Of a stretch of DNA of 64,000 nucleotides, positions 9,552 through 20,227 are shown in pieces (within the stretch, counting starts at the first letter, position 1; every line of letters begins with the position of its first letter). The translations under genes and the position numbers were made by a program. Origin of the DNA: an uncultured Gemmatimonadaceae bacterium (GTDB taxonomy: Bacteria; Gemmatimonadota; Gemmatimonadetes; Gemmatimonadales; Gemmatimonadaceae); the NCBI GenBank assembly GCA_963790305.1, contig CAWBOC010000006.1:256001-320000 (forward strand). The letters run 5' to 3'. A model generated the notes under the pieces. It worked only from the letters and a program-made list of their open reading frames with translations. It made no database searches and was not told where the DNA came from.

Positions 9552-10746
9552 GCAGCAGCGCCTCCACACGGTCGAGTATTGCGTCCGCGACGTCCGTCTT
9601 CGGCATGAGACCCAGTGGCTCGGTTCGGCCGTCGCGATGCACGATCGTCACGCGGTTCGTATCGACCGCGAACCCGGCGCCCGCCTCGGTGGAATCGTTC
9701 ACGACCACCAGATCGAGATCCTTTGCCGCCAGCTTCTCGCGACCGCCGGAGAGCGCATCTCCCGTTTCGAGCGCAAACCCGACGACCACGGCGCGGGACG
9801 GCCGCGCATCGCGAGTGGTCTTTAGAATGTCGGGGGTGGGCGTGAGCGCGATCGCGTCGGGCTTGTCCTTCTTCTTGATCTTCTTCGCCGCCGGCTCAGC
9901 CGCCGCAAAGTCCGCTGGGGCGGCCGCCATGACGAGTGCGTCCGCCTGCGGGAGCGCCGCCCGCACCGCGGTCGCCATCTCCTGCGTCGTTTCCACTGTC
10001 GTCACATCGATTCCAGCGGGAACAGGAACCTCGAGCGGGCCGGCCACGAGCGCCACATCGGCCCCGCGGCGCCACGCCGCCGCCGCGATGGCGACGCCCA
10101 TCTTTCCCGTGCTGCGATTGGAAAGAAAGCGCACCGGATCCACGGGCTCGCGCGTTGGACCAGCGGTGACGAGCACTCGCCGTCCCCGAAATGCGCCATT
10201 CGTCTCGAGCAGACGTCCCACGTAGGCGAGAATCGTCTCGGGCTCAGGCATTCGACCGGGACCGCTTCCCTCCCCCGCTGCGAGCGGCCCCTCGTCAGGC
10301 TCGATGACGCTGTGACCGAGTTCGCGCAGGTGACGCACGTTTTGCTGCGTCTGCCGGTTGGCCCACATGCGATCGTTCATGGCCGGCACGAGAAGCACGG
10401 GTGCCTCGGTCGCGAGCAGACATGCGGTGAGGAGGTCGTCGGCGAAGCCATGAGCGACGCGGGCGAGAAAGTCGGCCGTCGCCGGCGCCACGACGATCGC
10501 GTGGGCCGCCTTGGCGAGCGCGATGTGATCCAGCGCCCGTCCCGCCTCGAAGAGGTCGGTGTGTACCGGCCGACCCGTCAACGCCTCGAACGTCACCGGG
10601 CCGACGAACTCCGTCGCGGCGCGCGTCATCACCACATCGACCTCCGCGCCGGCCGCCGTCAACAAACGCGCGAGCCACCCCGTCTTGTAGCTCGCGATTC
10701 CCCCCGTGACGCCGAGGACGATTCGACGGCCGGCGTAGGGGCGCAT
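9541..10746 (-). CDS. coaBC: Bifunctional phosphopantothenoylcysteine decarboxylase/ligase
   Basis: GVTGGIASYK, APATAD, PAMN, TAGPTREPVDPVRFLSNRSTGKMG, GFALET. Confidence 0.96.
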   Translation of the reverse strand: MRPYAGRRIVLGVTGGIASYKTGWLARLLTAAGAEVDVVMTRAATEFVGPVTFEALTGRPVHTDLFEAGRALDHIALAKAAHAIVVAPATADFLARVAHGFADDLLTACLLATEAPVLLVPAMNDRMWANRQTQQNVRHLRELGHSVIEPDEGPLAAGEGSGPGRMPEPETILAYVGRLLETNGAFRGRRVLVTAGPTREPVDPVRFLSNRSTGKMGVAIAAAAWRRGADVALVAGPLEVPVPAGIDVTTVETTQEMATAVRAALPQADALVMAAAPADFAAAEPAAKKIKKKDKPDAIALTPTPDILKTTRDARPSRAVVVGFALETGDALSGGREKLAAKDLDLVVVNDSTEAGAGFAVDTNRVTIVHRDGRTEPLGLMPKTDVADAILDRVEALLRER

Positions 10747-10753
10747 GCGCTGA

Positions 10754-10963
10754 TTACTGGCCGCGACGCCGCGGAAGCACGCGATACTCGATGGCGCCGT
10801 CGGTGAGCTCCTCGAGAGAGCGCGTCGTCAGCTTCTTCTCCCCCGGCCGCGAACGATCCCGCGGAAACTCGTTGATGATGCGTGCATACTTCGCGGCCAC
10901 GAGCACGCCGAGGTACTTGTTGGCCGCGTGCTGCGCGACTTCTACTGGTGTAAAAACCTGCAT
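10754..10963 (-). CDS. rpoZ: RNA polymerase omega subunit
   Basis: NKYLGVLVAAKYAR motif; conserved gmk-rpoZ-coaBC order. Confidence 0.85.
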   Translation of the reverse strand: MQVFTPVEVAQHAANKYLGVLVAAKYARIINEFPRDRSRPGEKKLTTRSLEELTDGAIEYRVLPRRRGQ

Positions 10964-10967
10964 GGGA

Positions 10968-11612
10968 TCACCCGGTTGAATTGTTGTCGACTTCCCGCTG
11001 CAATCGCTCCGTCAGAGACCGAACCTGCTCCTCCAGATTGTGCACCCGTTCGCGGCGGCTCGTCTCGGCGTCGATCACTGCCGATACCCGCGCCACCGCG
11101 CGGTCCAGATCATCGTTCACGACCACGTAATGATAGTCTCCCGCGTGCCGCAGCTCGTCCAGCGCGCTCATCATGCGCCGCGCCAGCGACGCCCGATCCT
11201 CGGTCTTTCTCGCCTTGAGCCGCTCGAGCAGTACGTCCGCTGACGGCGGAAGAACGAACACGAGGACCGCGTGCGGATACGTCCGCGCCAACTGCGCCGC
11301 CCCCTGCACGTCGATGTCCATGATGACGTGCTTCCCGCCCGCGAGCACCCGCCCAATCTCGCTTCGCAACGTTCCGTACCAGTGTCCGTGCACCTCCGCG
11401 GACTCGGCGAACTCCCCTCGCTTCCGTCGCTCCCGAAATTCCTCCGCCGTGAGAAAGAAGTAGTCGCGCCCAGGCACTTCTCCGTCACGCGGCTGCCGCG
11501 TCGTGCATGAGATCGAGTATCCGACATCCGACCGTCGCTCCAGCAGCCGGCGCGCGATCGTGGTCTTTCCGCCTCCTGATGGCGCCGACAGGATGAGCGG
11601 AAACGGATTCAC
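10968..11612 (-). CDS. gmk: Guanylate kinase
   Basis: SAPSGGGKTT, TTRQPRDGE, YGT, DIDVQGA. Confidence 0.97.
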   Translation of the reverse strand: MNPFPLILSAPSGGGKTTIARRLLERRSDVGYSISCTTRQPRDGEVPGRDYFFLTAEEFRERRKRGEFAESAEVHGHWYGTLRSEIGRVLAGGKHVIMDIDVQGAAQLARTYPHAVLVFVLPPSADVLLERLKARKTEDRASLARRMMSALDELRHAGDYHYVVVNDDLDRAVARVSAVIDAETSRRERVHNLEEQVRSLTERLQREVDNNSTG

Positions 11613-12484
11613 TCGAGATTCTCGACCTGCTCGGCGATTCGCTCCAGCTCCTCCTTCACGGCGACGACGTCGTGCGTCATGGCGACATCGCGCGCCTTGC
11701 TCCCGGTCGTGTTCGCTTCCCGAACCATCTCCTGCAGCAAGAATGCGAGCCGCTTCCCGACCGGATCCGCACCACCGCGGTGCAGGGTATCGCGAAAGGC
11801 CGTGATGTGCGAGCGAAAACGATCGATCTCCTCCGCCACATCGAGCCGATCGGCGAGCAAGGCAATCTCCTGCGCCAGGCGCTGCTCGTCGATCGTGGTG
11901 CTTCCCGTGAGCTCGGTAACCGCCGCACGCAACCGCTCCCGCTCAGCGACGATCCGCTCTGGCGCGCGCGCCGCGATCCGTTCGAGCGCCTGCTCCACCA
12001 CCGCGATGCGCTCGGCGAGCACTGTCCCCATCCGCTGCCCCTCCGACTCGCGCATCGCCATCAATGCTGCAATGGCCTGCCTAACCAGCTCAACGAGCTC
12101 CTCCGCGGTGCCACCAATCTCGGCCGAGCGCTCGCTGGCGATGACGCTCGGCATCCGCAGCACCGTCGAGAGGCTCACCGGATCCTCCAATCCATGCTCG
12201 CGCTTCAGTCGACGCAGGGTCTCCAGCGCGTCCGCGAATCGACGCTCGTCCACCGCGCTGTCCCCAGCTGCCTCACGCTCGATCCGGGCAATGAGGGTGA
12301 CGTGTCCTCTGGCGATCGCGCGCCGGAGTGCTTCACGCACCTCTCCTTCCCACCGCGATAGCTCGGAGGGGAGCTTCAGGCTTGGATTGAAAAAGCGATG
12401 GTTGACGGTTCGAAGCTCGACACTCACTCGTGCAGCTCCCACCAGTCCCGCGGCGGCGCCGAACCCCGTCATGCTTCGGATCAT
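11609..12484 (-). CDS. yicC: YicC/YloC family endoribonuclease
   Basis: MIRSMTGFG, VNHRF, GKRLAFLLQEMVREANTTGSK, EQVENLE. Confidence 0.93.
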   Translation of the reverse strand: MIRSMTGFGAAAGLVGAARVSVELRTVNHRFFNPSLKLPSELSRWEGEVREALRRAIARGHVTLIARIEREAAGDSAVDERRFADALETLRRLKREHGLEDPVSLSTVLRMPSVIASERSAEIGGTAEELVELVRQAIAALMAMRESEGQRMGTVLAERIAVVEQALERIAARAPERIVAERERLRAAVTELTGSTTIDEQRLAQEIALLADRLDVAEEIDRFRSHITAFRDTLHRGGADPVGKRLAFLLQEMVREANTTGSKARDVAMTHDVVAVKEELERIAEQVENLE

Positions 12485-12496
12485 GGCAAGTCGTGC

Positions 12497-12525
12497 AAGT
12501 TACGGTGCTGCAACGACCTTGTCAA
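12497..12525 (-). promoter_or_regulatory. Sigma70-type promoter for the yicC-gmk-rpoZ-coaBC run
   Basis: TTGACA-N17-TAACTT on the minus strand, 12 nt upstream of the yicC ATG. Confidence 0.7.
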
Positions 12526-14321
12526 TTCCAGAAGTCCCATCGCACGCCGTACAACGTCGTCTGGCGCGGCAAGCTGTACCCGGGCACGAGCTCGGTTGCC
12601 CGCTGCCCGATGGTGTAGCGCTGTCTCCAGAAGATCACCGCGTCCACAATTCGGATCTCCACGAGCGAGCTCAGCTCATGGCTGCTGAGGGCGACGAGGG
12701 GACCTATCGAGCGCGGGAAGGAGACGCCGTCCCGGTAATCATGTCGCGCTGAGATCAACGCGCCGAACTGGCCGCTCGGAAACTTCTTCAGCCAGCGCGT
12801 GCGGACGTACACCTCCGAGCGCACTTGCATTTGTGGCCGGTAGAACCCCTGCCGCTCCCAGCGAAAGGCGAAGACATCGGCGTGTATCGCCCGCCAAACG
12901 CGTCCCTGAACCCCACCGAACAGCGCCCTCGTCGGCCCCTCGTCGTTGCTCACGAGTGTCGAATCGAAGATGATCGGCGGCGTGACGTGGATCGAATCCA
13001 CGGTGAGTGCGCCGCCAGTCAACCAAAGACTTCGGATCCGCAACGCGACTTCGCCCCGGGCACTCATGACATCCTCAGCATCGACCCCGCTCGGGGGACG
13101 GCGAAGCGAGGCTACCGCGGCGAACGAAAGGAATGACAGTGGGGAAAAGCGCGCCGAGAGCTCCCCAAGCGAGGTCGAATCGCCGCCGCGCCACTCGGCG
13201 AGGGCGGCAACACCCGCAATGCGGTGATTGAGGGCCAGACGGCCGGCAATCGACTGAAATCCGTCGTCCCCCGCGTACGTACGACTCGTGAGGCTCGCTC
13301 GCAGGGCGCTCGATGACCAGCCTAACGCGCCGACGACCTGGTTCCGCGAGCGTTTGTCCTCAACGCTATCTATAGGGAGTCGCGCTGGGTCGATCCGCTC
13401 GCGCGTGAACGCCTGCGAGGCAAGCAGGAGCTGCGCCCATCCTCCGCTGTCGGGGTCGCCGACGCCAATTCGCCCATATGCATCTCGGCGGATCGAGTTC
13501 ACGCGCGGAATCTCGTAGGCGTCTCCACGTCGTTGAACGTTGCGTTGGCGTCGCGCGCGAATGCCGAACCCGTCGACGCTCACAGTGCGTCCCGCCCAGC
13601 CGAGGCGCGCGATGAGCGCCAGCTCATCGCCTCCACCCGACGGAATGCCGCTCGTGCCGTATTGCTGGAATCCGCCCTGGATCGCCTCACCGTGGCCGAA
13701 GCGCCGCCCCAGCATTCCCCGATACAGATTCGTGTCTTCGTCTCCGGTGAAGACATCGGTGCGCGATGCCGTACTCGTTCGCTCGACGCGCCACGACCGG
13801 AGGTGCACGCGAAGCTCGTCCACGCCTCGCTCGACGAGCACCTCCTCGAGTGTCCATAGCTGGACCTCGGCGAGGTCGAGCAACAAGCCCGTCCGATCGT
13901 CGAATGGCTCGAGCTCGATGCCGTCGTAGAAGACGCGCACGCGGCCCCCACCGCCTAACCATGTCACCTGCGCAGGGGCAGCGAGCCATCCCGAACGGAA
14001 CGCCGTCGCGCCGGGAATCCGCTCGAGTAGCTCCAGCAGCGTGAGTCCGCCGCCGGTGAAGAGCTCCTCGCGAGTCCAGTGGTACCGGCCCGCGGCGTCC
14101 ATGGTCATTGGCAACTCGGCACGCGCGAGCGGGGCCTTGACGGTGTCTCGACGGATCACCGTGTCTGGTCGGGTGCGAATCGTATCGGCTGTCGGGGGCG
14201 TGGTATCGGCGGGAACCGCTACGGTATCCCGCGGCGGCTCCTGGCTGCCGGCGCCGGAGTAAAAAACGGCCCCGGCCACGAGGCCGAGGCCGGCGCAGCG
14301 AAGCCAGGTCAGCGCGCTCAG
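12522..14321 (-). CDS. Exported outer-membrane beta-barrel protein with plug-like N-terminal domain
   Basis: Signal peptide if started at CTG 14321; plug-like segment LLELLERIPG...VFYDG; alternating beta strands; C-terminal YGVRWDFWN. Confidence 0.6.
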   Translation of the reverse strand: MSALTWLRCAGLGLVAGAVFYSGAGSQEPPRDTVAVPADTTPPTADTIRTRPDTVIRRDTVKAPLARAELPMTMDAAGRYHWTREELFTGGGLTLLELLERIPGATAFRSGWLAAPAQVTWLGGGGRVRVFYDGIELEPFDDRTGLLLDLAEVQLWTLEEVLVERGVDELRVHLRSWRVERTSTASRTDVFTGDEDTNLYRGMLGRRFGHGEAIQGGFQQYGTSGIPSGGGDELALIARLGWAGRTVSVDGFGIRARRQRNVQRRGDAYEIPRVNSIRRDAYGRIGVGDPDSGGWAQLLLASQAFTRERIDPARLPIDSVEDKRSRNQVVGALGWSSSALRASLTSRTYAGDDGFQSIAGRLALNHRIAGVAALAEWRGGDSTSLGELSARFSPLSFLSFAAVASLRRPPSGVDAEDVMSARGEVALRIRSLWLTGGALTVDSIHVTPPIIFDSTLVSNDEGPTRALFGGVQGRVWRAIHADVFAFRWERQGFYRPQMQVRSEVYVRTRWLKKFPSGQFGALISARHDYRDGVSFPRSIGPLVALSSHELSSLVEIRIVDAVIFWRQRYTIGQRATELVPGYSLPRQTTLYGVRWDFWN

Positions 14322-15790
14322 CTCACCCGCCCGCGTACGAACTCGACGAATGTCCCAACCGGTACGCCCGTGGGCCCCTTCGGAAGCGCGACGAGATCCG
14401 TCTCCGAGTACGCCGTTCCGGCAATGTCGAGATGGACCCAGGGATAGCTGTCAGTGAATTCCTTGAGGAACATGGCTGCCGCGATAGCGCCAGCAGCACG
14501 CCCTCCGGAATTCTTGATGTCGGCGACGTCCGACTTGTTGAGCTCCTTGTAGTCCTCCCACGTCGGGAGGTGCCACCCCGGTTCGCTCGCGCGCTTTCCA
14601 GCGCCTAACACCTCCTGCACGAGCGCCTCGTCGTTTCCGAAGACCCCCGAGGCAGTGTGTCCCAGCGCGATGACGCACGCACCCGTGAGCGTGGCCGCGT
14701 CGAGCACCGCGGCGGGCTCGTAGCGACGCGCCCACGACAACACGTCGCACAACACGAGTCGCCCCTCGGCGTCGGTGTTGACGATCTCAATGTACTTCCC
14801 GAGATGGCTCTTGAGAACGTCACCGGGCTTGAAGGCGGTCCCGCTCGGCATGTTCGTGGTGCTGCCGACGAGCCCGATGACGTTGGCCTTGAGCTCCAGG
14901 CGGCCAATCGCGTCCATCGCGCCAAGCACCGCCGCGGCGCCGCACATGTCGAACTTCATCAGCTCCATGCTCTGCGCCGGCTTGATCGAGATGCCACCGG
15001 AATCGAAGCACAGGCCTTTCCCCACCAACACCACCGGACGCCCGGAGCCGCGCCGATGCTCGAGCGCGATGAGCTTGGGATCCTGCGGCGTCCCCTGGGC
15101 GACGCCGAGAAAGGAGCCCATTCCCTCCTCTTCGAGCTCCTTGCGGCCGAGCACGGTGACCTTCATGCCGTGGCGCTTGGCGATCTCGCGACCCGTATCG
15201 GCGAGGTAGTCGGGCGTGCACAGATTGCCCGGCATCATCGCGAGCCGTCGCGCCAGCGTCATCCCCTCGGCGATCGCGACGCCCGTCTCGACCTCCGCCT
15301 TCGCCCGCTTCTCATCCTGCACGACGACGACCGCCTCGTCAGGCGAGGGACGCTGCTCATCGTCTGGTGGCGGCGTTTTGGTCTCCGTGTATTCCCACAC
15401 GCCCATGGAAAGGCCGACCACCGCGCCCTCGACGCTTCCCGCCGCGCCGTCCTGATACCACGCGATCTCCCGGGCCCCGGTCCGCCGAGCGAAGCGAGCA
15501 GCGATCATCGCGGCGCGCCGGAGCGCACCGCCGGACTCGGTCACGGTCCCCATGCCGACGAGCAGAATCCGTTGCGGACCCTTCGTGCCACCGACGAGAT
15601 GCATCGTCTCATCCCGGCCGAAACGAAAATCCCGCCGATCGATGACCCGGGAGATCGCTCCGCCGAGTGCGTCGTCGAGTCCCTTGATGGCGTCGTCGAG
15701 CTTGGCGCCCTTGGCCAGCGGAAGAACGAGAAGCGGAACGTCGAGCGAGCGGAGCTGTCCGCCGCGAACGGAGAAGCGCAACGGGCTCAC
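14318..15790 (-). CDS. pepA: Leucyl aminopeptidase (M17)
   Basis: [38 protein letters not shown]. Confidence 0.96.
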   Translation of the reverse strand: MSPLRFSVRGGQLRSLDVPLLVLPLAKGAKLDDAIKGLDDALGGAISRVIDRRDFRFGRDETMHLVGGTKGPQRILLVGMGTVTESGGALRRAAMIAARFARRTGAREIAWYQDGAAGSVEGAVVGLSMGVWEYTETKTPPPDDEQRPSPDEAVVVVQDEKRAKAEVETGVAIAEGMTLARRLAMMPGNLCTPDYLADTGREIAKRHGMKVTVLGRKELEEEGMGSFLGVAQGTPQDPKLIALEHRRGSGRPVVLVGKGLCFDSGGISIKPAQSMELMKFDMCGAAAVLGAMDAIGRLELKANVIGLVGSTTNMPSGTAFKPGDVLKSHLGKYIEIVNTDAEGRLVLCDVLSWARRYEPAAVLDAATLTGACVIALGHTASGVFGNDEALVQEVLGAGKRASEPGWHLPTWEDYKELNKSDVADIKNSGGRAAGAIAAAMFLKEFTDSYPWVHLDIAGTAYSETDLVALPKGPTGVPVGTFVEFVRGRVS

Positions 15791-17031
15791 GCCATGCCCT
15801 CGATGATGGCATCGGCGAATGCCGACGTGCTGACTTCGGTGGACCCGGGCATCTGGCGGGCGAGATCGTACGTCACGCGCCGCGACTTGATGGCATGCTC
15901 GATCCCTTTGACGATGAGTCGCCCGACCTCATCCCACTCGAGATACTCGAACATCATGACGCCCGAGAGGATGACGCTGCAGGGATTGACCTTGTCCTGA
16001 CCGGCGTATTTCGGCGCGGTGCCGTGCGTCGCCTCGAAGCACGCGAGACCATCGCCGACGTTGCCCCCTGGCGCCATACCCAGCCCGCCAACCTGGGCCG
16101 CGGCCGCGTCACTCAGGTAGTCGCCATTCAGGTTGGGCGTCGCGATCACGGAATACTCCGACGGGCGCAGCAGCAGCTGCTGGAACATGGCGTCGGCAAT
16201 GCGGTCCTTGATGACGAGACAATCGACCTTCGCGCTGCCGCTGATCTTCGCGAGATCGGCTTCGCTGATCACGTGCTCGCCGTAGCGTTCCTTCGCGACT
16301 TCGTAGCCCCAGTCACGAAAGGCGCCCTCGGTGAACTTCATGATGTTGCCCTTGTGGACGAGGGTCACCGACTGGCGGCCGGTTCTCAAGGCATAGCGGA
16401 TCGCCATGTCGACGAGGCGCTTCGAGCCGAACTCGGACATCGGCTTGATCCCAATGGCCGAACCTTCGCGGATGTCCTTGCCCATCGTGTCGACAATGAA
16501 GTCGCGAACGCGCTTCGCTTCCTCGCTGCCCGCCTTCCACTCGATGCCGGCGTAGACGTCCTCGATGTTCTCGCGGAAGATCACGACGTCGACCTTTCCC
16601 GGCTCCTTGACCGGCGCTCCGACGCCCTCGAAGTAACGCACTGGGCGAATGCAGGCGTAGAGGTCCAGCACCTGTCGCAGCGTCACGTTGAGCGACCGAA
16701 TGCCACCGCCCACGGGCGTGGTGAGAGGACCCTTGATCGAGACGCGAAACTCCTGCATCGCGTCGATGGTCTCCTGAGGCAGCCAATCGTTGTGCGCCTT
16801 GAACGCCTTCTCGCCAGCGAACACCTCCATCCAGGCAACACGGCGCTTCCCGCCGAACGCGCGCTCCACCGCGGCGTCGAAGACGCGTCGTGAGGCGCGC
16901 CAGATATCGGGTCCCGTCCCATCGCCTTCAATGAACGGGATGATCGGTGCGTCGGGAACGTTCAGCTTTCCATGGGAGAAGCCGATGCGCTCGCCATTCC
17001 GCGGCACTGTGGCGAATCGGTAGCTGGTCAT
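15787..17031 (-). CDS. icd: NADP-dependent isocitrate dehydrogenase
   Basis: [56 protein letters not shown]; own ATG at 17031. Confidence 0.96.
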   Translation of the reverse strand: MTSYRFATVPRNGERIGFSHGKLNVPDAPIIPFIEGDGTGPDIWRASRRVFDAAVERAFGGKRRVAWMEVFAGEKAFKAHNDWLPQETIDAMQEFRVSIKGPLTTPVGGGIRSLNVTLRQVLDLYACIRPVRYFEGVGAPVKEPGKVDVVIFRENIEDVYAGIEWKAGSEEAKRVRDFIVDTMGKDIREGSAIGIKPMSEFGSKRLVDMAIRYALRTGRQSVTLVHKGNIMKFTEGAFRDWGYEVAKERYGEHVISEADLAKISGSAKVDCLVIKDRIADAMFQQLLLRPSEYSVIATPNLNGDYLSDAAAAQVGGLGMAPGGNVGDGLACFEATHGTAPKYAGQDKVNPCSVILSGVMMFEYLEWDEVGRLIVKGIEHAIKSRRVTYDLARQMPGSTEVSTSAFADAIIEGMA

Positions 17032-17096
17032 GACTCGATCAGGGAGAGATGGCGCGCGAGCGCGGTCTACGGCCCGCCCGCGCGCGGAATGCGTGC

Positions 17097-18249
17097 CTAA
17101 CGTCGCTGATCGAGCGGCGACACCCGCAACCCACGCGGTCCGACATACTCGGCGCGCGGCCGAATCAGCCGGTTGTTCGCATACTGCTCCAGCAGGTGGG
17201 CCGCCCATCCCGACAGCCGGCTGACCGCGAACAACGGTGTGTACAGGTCGGTCGGAATCCCCATCACGTAGTACGTGGACGCCGAGTAGAAGTCGACGTT
17301 CGGGAGCAGGTTCTTCTCGGCTTTCATCGTTTCCTCGATGCGCCGCGACATCTCGAACCATTGCGGCGTCTTGTACTTGCTGCCGAGCTCCTCCGACATC
17401 CGGCGCAAATGCGTCGCGCGCGGATCTTCGGTTTTGTACACGCGGTGGCCAAAGCCCATGATCTTGCGCTTGCTCGCGAGGGCTTTCTTGATGAAGGGCA
17501 CCGGCTCCTCGCCTTCCTTCTTCATCTCGAGGAGCATTTCCATCACGGCGGTGTTGGCGCCGCCGTGCAGCGGACCCGAGAGCGTTCCGATCGCCGAGAC
17601 GATAGCGGCGTACATGTCGGCGAGCGTCGCGGCGGTCACGCGCGCGGCGAACGTCGAGGCGTTGAGCTCGTGATCGGCGTGGAGAATGAGCGCCGCATCG
17701 ATCGCCCGCTCTTCGAGCTTCTCCGGACGTCTGCCGAGCAGCCGGTAGTACACGTTGCCGGCAAAGGAAAGCGAGCGGATCGGCCTTGATCGGTTCCTTA
17801 CCCTGACGAATCTGCGCCCACGCTCCAAGAAGCGCCGCGATTTGTCCCTGAAGTCTCGCGGCGCGCCGCAGGTTCGCGGTGCGATCATCGACGGGAGACT
17901 GCTTGTCGGGATCGTAGAACGAGAGCTCGGACACGCTTGTCCGCAGGACGTCCATGGGGTCGGCGTCCCTCGGGTAGCGTTTGAGCGATTCGATGAGCGC
18001 CTGCGGGAGGAGGTAGCAGGAGCGAATCGTCTCCGCGAATCCGTCGAGCTCGGCTCGCGACGGGAGCTTGCCGTACCAGAGCAGGTAGACGACTTCCTCG
18101 AACGTCGTGTTCTCGACGAGATCGTGGATGTCGTACCCGCGATAGATGAGCTGGCCCGTCTGGCCGTTGACGTCGGTGATTTCGGACGGGCCGGTGACCA
18201 CATCTTCGAGGCCGGCCGCGGCCGCCTTTACGGTTGCCGAAGTTGCCAT
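17097..18249 (-). CDS. gltA: Citrate synthase (GltA/PrpC family); one extra base near 17776, probably a sequencing error
   Basis: N-terminal frame [20 protein letters not shown]-terminal frame [33 protein letters not shown]; removing one C restores DPSLSFAGN. Confidence 0.9.
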
Positions 18250-18285
18250 CTATGACTCACGGTGATGCGTGAACGGTCGTGGGTA

Positions 18286-18322
18286 GCCGGTAAAAGTTAC
18301 CGGCGCGAGAAAGGCGCTGCAA
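18286..18322 (-). promoter_or_regulatory. Promoter for gltA-icd with a palindrome over the -10 element
   Basis: TTGCAG-N17-TAACTT; GCCGGTAA-AAG-TTACCGGC inverted repeat at 18286-18304. Confidence 0.6.
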
Positions 18323-18395
18323 GTTGAACGCCGCCCGAGGTTTTCGGATGCACGAACGGCCGCGATGCGTCGCGGCCGTTCGCGCTGATGGTGAG

Positions 18396-18479
18396 TACCC
18401 GGGGCGGGACTCGAACCCGCAAGAGCCGAAGCTCGGGGGCTTTTGAGGCCCCTGCGTCTACCGATTCCGCCACCCGGGC
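18396..18479 (-). tRNA. tRNA-Leu(CAA)
   Basis: Cloverleaf: GCCCGGG acceptor stem, GGGGC-CTCAAAA-GCCCC anticodon arm, long variable arm, GGTTCGAGTCC T-arm; CCA not directly encoded. Confidence 0.96.
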
Positions 18480-18523
18480 GCGTGAGGAAATCTAGCGTCC
18501 CGAATGCCCTCGGTACACTGGCG

Positions 18524-19051
18524 TCAGGGGCGACGTCCCACCGTATCTCCCCGCCGTGCTGGCCCGCCGCCACGGCGCCGCCCGCGCATGTCCTCCATCC
18601 GGCGTCGCACCTGGTCCTGAATCGCCAGATACCGCGCGCGCTGCGTGGGGGTCATGAATGACGAGAGCGCACGCTGCTCGCGTGAGAGAAGGTCGATGCG
18701 CCGACGTTGCACGTCGATGAGCTGGTCGACGTACCGCGCGACCCGTTCCTGATTCGCGCTGTCGCCACGCATGACCTCCGCACGCAGGCTGACCCGCACG
18801 TCGCGCTCTTGCTGGTTCAGCACGCGGCGCTCCGCTTCCATGTCACGATTCACTTCCCCGAGCCGGCGCATTTGATCGGCGGTGAGACCGAGCTGCTGCT
18901 GCACGACCGTCGCCGTGCGCTGGCGAAGGCGCTGCTCGAGCGCCTGTCGGCGCGCGGGTGCCGAATCCGGTTTGGCCCGTTGCGCGTCGACCGTGGACGA
19001 TGCGCCGATGGCCGAGATCGCGAGGAACAGGAGCATTCGCTGGAAGCGCAT
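18524..19051 (-). CDS. Periplasmic helical protein, Spy/CpxP-like
   Basis: Signal peptide; LGLTADQ and MTPTQ (LTxxQ-type) motifs; downstream of ECF sigma and anti-sigma. Confidence 0.7.
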   Translation of the reverse strand: MRFQRMLLFLAISAIGASSTVDAQRAKPDSAPARRQALEQRLRQRTATVVQQQLGLTADQMRRLGEVNRDMEAERRVLNQQERDVRVSLRAEVMRGDSANQERVARYVDQLIDVQRRRIDLLSREQRALSSFMTPTQRARYLAIQDQVRRRMEDMRGRRRGGGPARRGDTVGRRP

Positions 19052-19671
19052 CAGACGTCTCCCTCGAGAACGGGCAAGAGAACCGCGGGCTCGACATCGA
19101 GCTCGGTGTCGACGTCATCGAGGACCTCGAGCAGCGACTCGAGATCGGCGTCCGCAAGATCGCTGACGCCCCCGCCCATCACGAGCTCGATCCGCGGCGC
19201 TGGCTGCCCTGTGGTCGATGGCGTCGGCGCCGACCCAACAGGTGCAGGGCGCGTCGGCTCTTCGATATGCACTACGACGGGCGGCAGATCGGACGATCCG
19301 GGGGTGCGGTCAAGATTCGAGGCGAGGAGTGCCGCGACGGCAATCGCACCGACTGATGCCGCGGCCAGCCAGACGCGACGCGCCGGCGCGGCGACGCTCG
19401 ACGCTCGACGTCGGCGCGTCTGCGCCACGGCGGTGGTCGCGTCGCGGCGCAGCGCACTCGATCGCGCTACCGCGGCCACGATGCGCGCCGTATCGATCGA
19501 GGGCGTCGCGCTCAGGACACCATGCGCCTTGCGCACGAGCTCGAGCTCCGCGCGACATGCCGCGCACGTCGCGAGGTGGGCGTCGAGCGCGACGAGCGAC
19601 GGACCGCTCAGCGCACCGCGCGCGAGGTCCGGAAGCAAGTCACGCATTTCCATGTTCGTGCATTCACTCAT
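19051..19671 (-). CDS. Zinc-binding (zf-HC2) membrane anti-sigma factor
   Basis: HLATCAAC motif and one transmembrane helix. Confidence 0.85.
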   Translation of the reverse strand: MSECTNMEMRDLLPDLARGALSGPSLVALDAHLATCAACRAELELVRKAHGVLSATPSIDTARIVAAVARSSALRRDATTAVAQTRRRRASSVAAPARRVWLAAASVGAIAVAALLASNLDRTPGSSDLPPVVVHIEEPTRPAPVGSAPTPSTTGQPAPRIELVMGGGVSDLADADLESLLEVLDDVDTELDVEPAVLLPVLEGDV

Positions 19672-20215
19672 TGAGATACTCCTTCACCATGCGTACGGCA
19701 TTGTGATAGTGCACGCGCGCCGCTCCTTCGGTGGTCTCCACGACGTCCGCGATCTCCCGGTAGCTCAATCCTTCCGTCACGCGCAGCGTGAACACCGCCC
19801 GCTGCGTCTCCGTCAGTCCTTCCATCGCCGCCCGGACACGACCCTCTGTCTCCGTCGCGACGGCCGCACTCAATGGATCGTCGGCCGCCAGCGCATGCGT
19901 CTCGTCGATCGCCACCACCAGCGGCGCACGGCGGCTCGCGCGGGCCCGATCCCGACAGAGGTTGCGCGCGATCGAGAACAGCCACGTTCGCAGCGAGCTC
20001 GCCTCGCGAAACCGATCGATCGAGCCAAACGCGCGCACGAACGTGTCCTGCACCACTTCGTCGACCTCCGCGCGCTCGCCCATGCTCGCGACGAATCGCG
20101 ACACGGCGGGCGCGTGCCGCTCGACCAGGATGGTCGCCGCCCGCTCGTCCCCGCCGCGCCACCGCGCGATCAGCGCGACATCGCTCGGTTCCCCGTCCCG
20201 CCTCGGCTCGCTCAT
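19664..20215 (-). CDS. ECF RNA polymerase sigma factor
   Basis: VVQDTFVRA, TWLFSIARN, GLSYREIA (regions 2 and 4). Confidence 0.93.
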   Translation of the reverse strand: MSEPRRDGEPSDVALIARWRGGDERAATILVERHAPAVSRFVASMGERAEVDEVVQDTFVRAFGSIDRFREASSLRTWLFSIARNLCRDRARASRRAPLVVAIDETHALAADDPLSAAVATETEGRVRAAMEGLTETQRAVFTLRVTEGLSYREIADVVETTEGAARVHYHNAVRMVKEYLNE

Positions 20216-20227
20216 CCCGGCATGTGG

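Noticed and set aside
15787..18249. 820-aa apparent citrate synthase-isocitrate dehydrogenase fusion
   Set aside because: The middle is out-of-frame nonsense. One extra base near 17776 explains it, the citrate synthase C-terminus is intact in another frame, and icd has its own ATG.
18396..18479. tRNA-Leu as an island integration site
   Set aside because: No integrase, no duplicated tRNA 3' end noticed, and no obvious compositional shift nearby.
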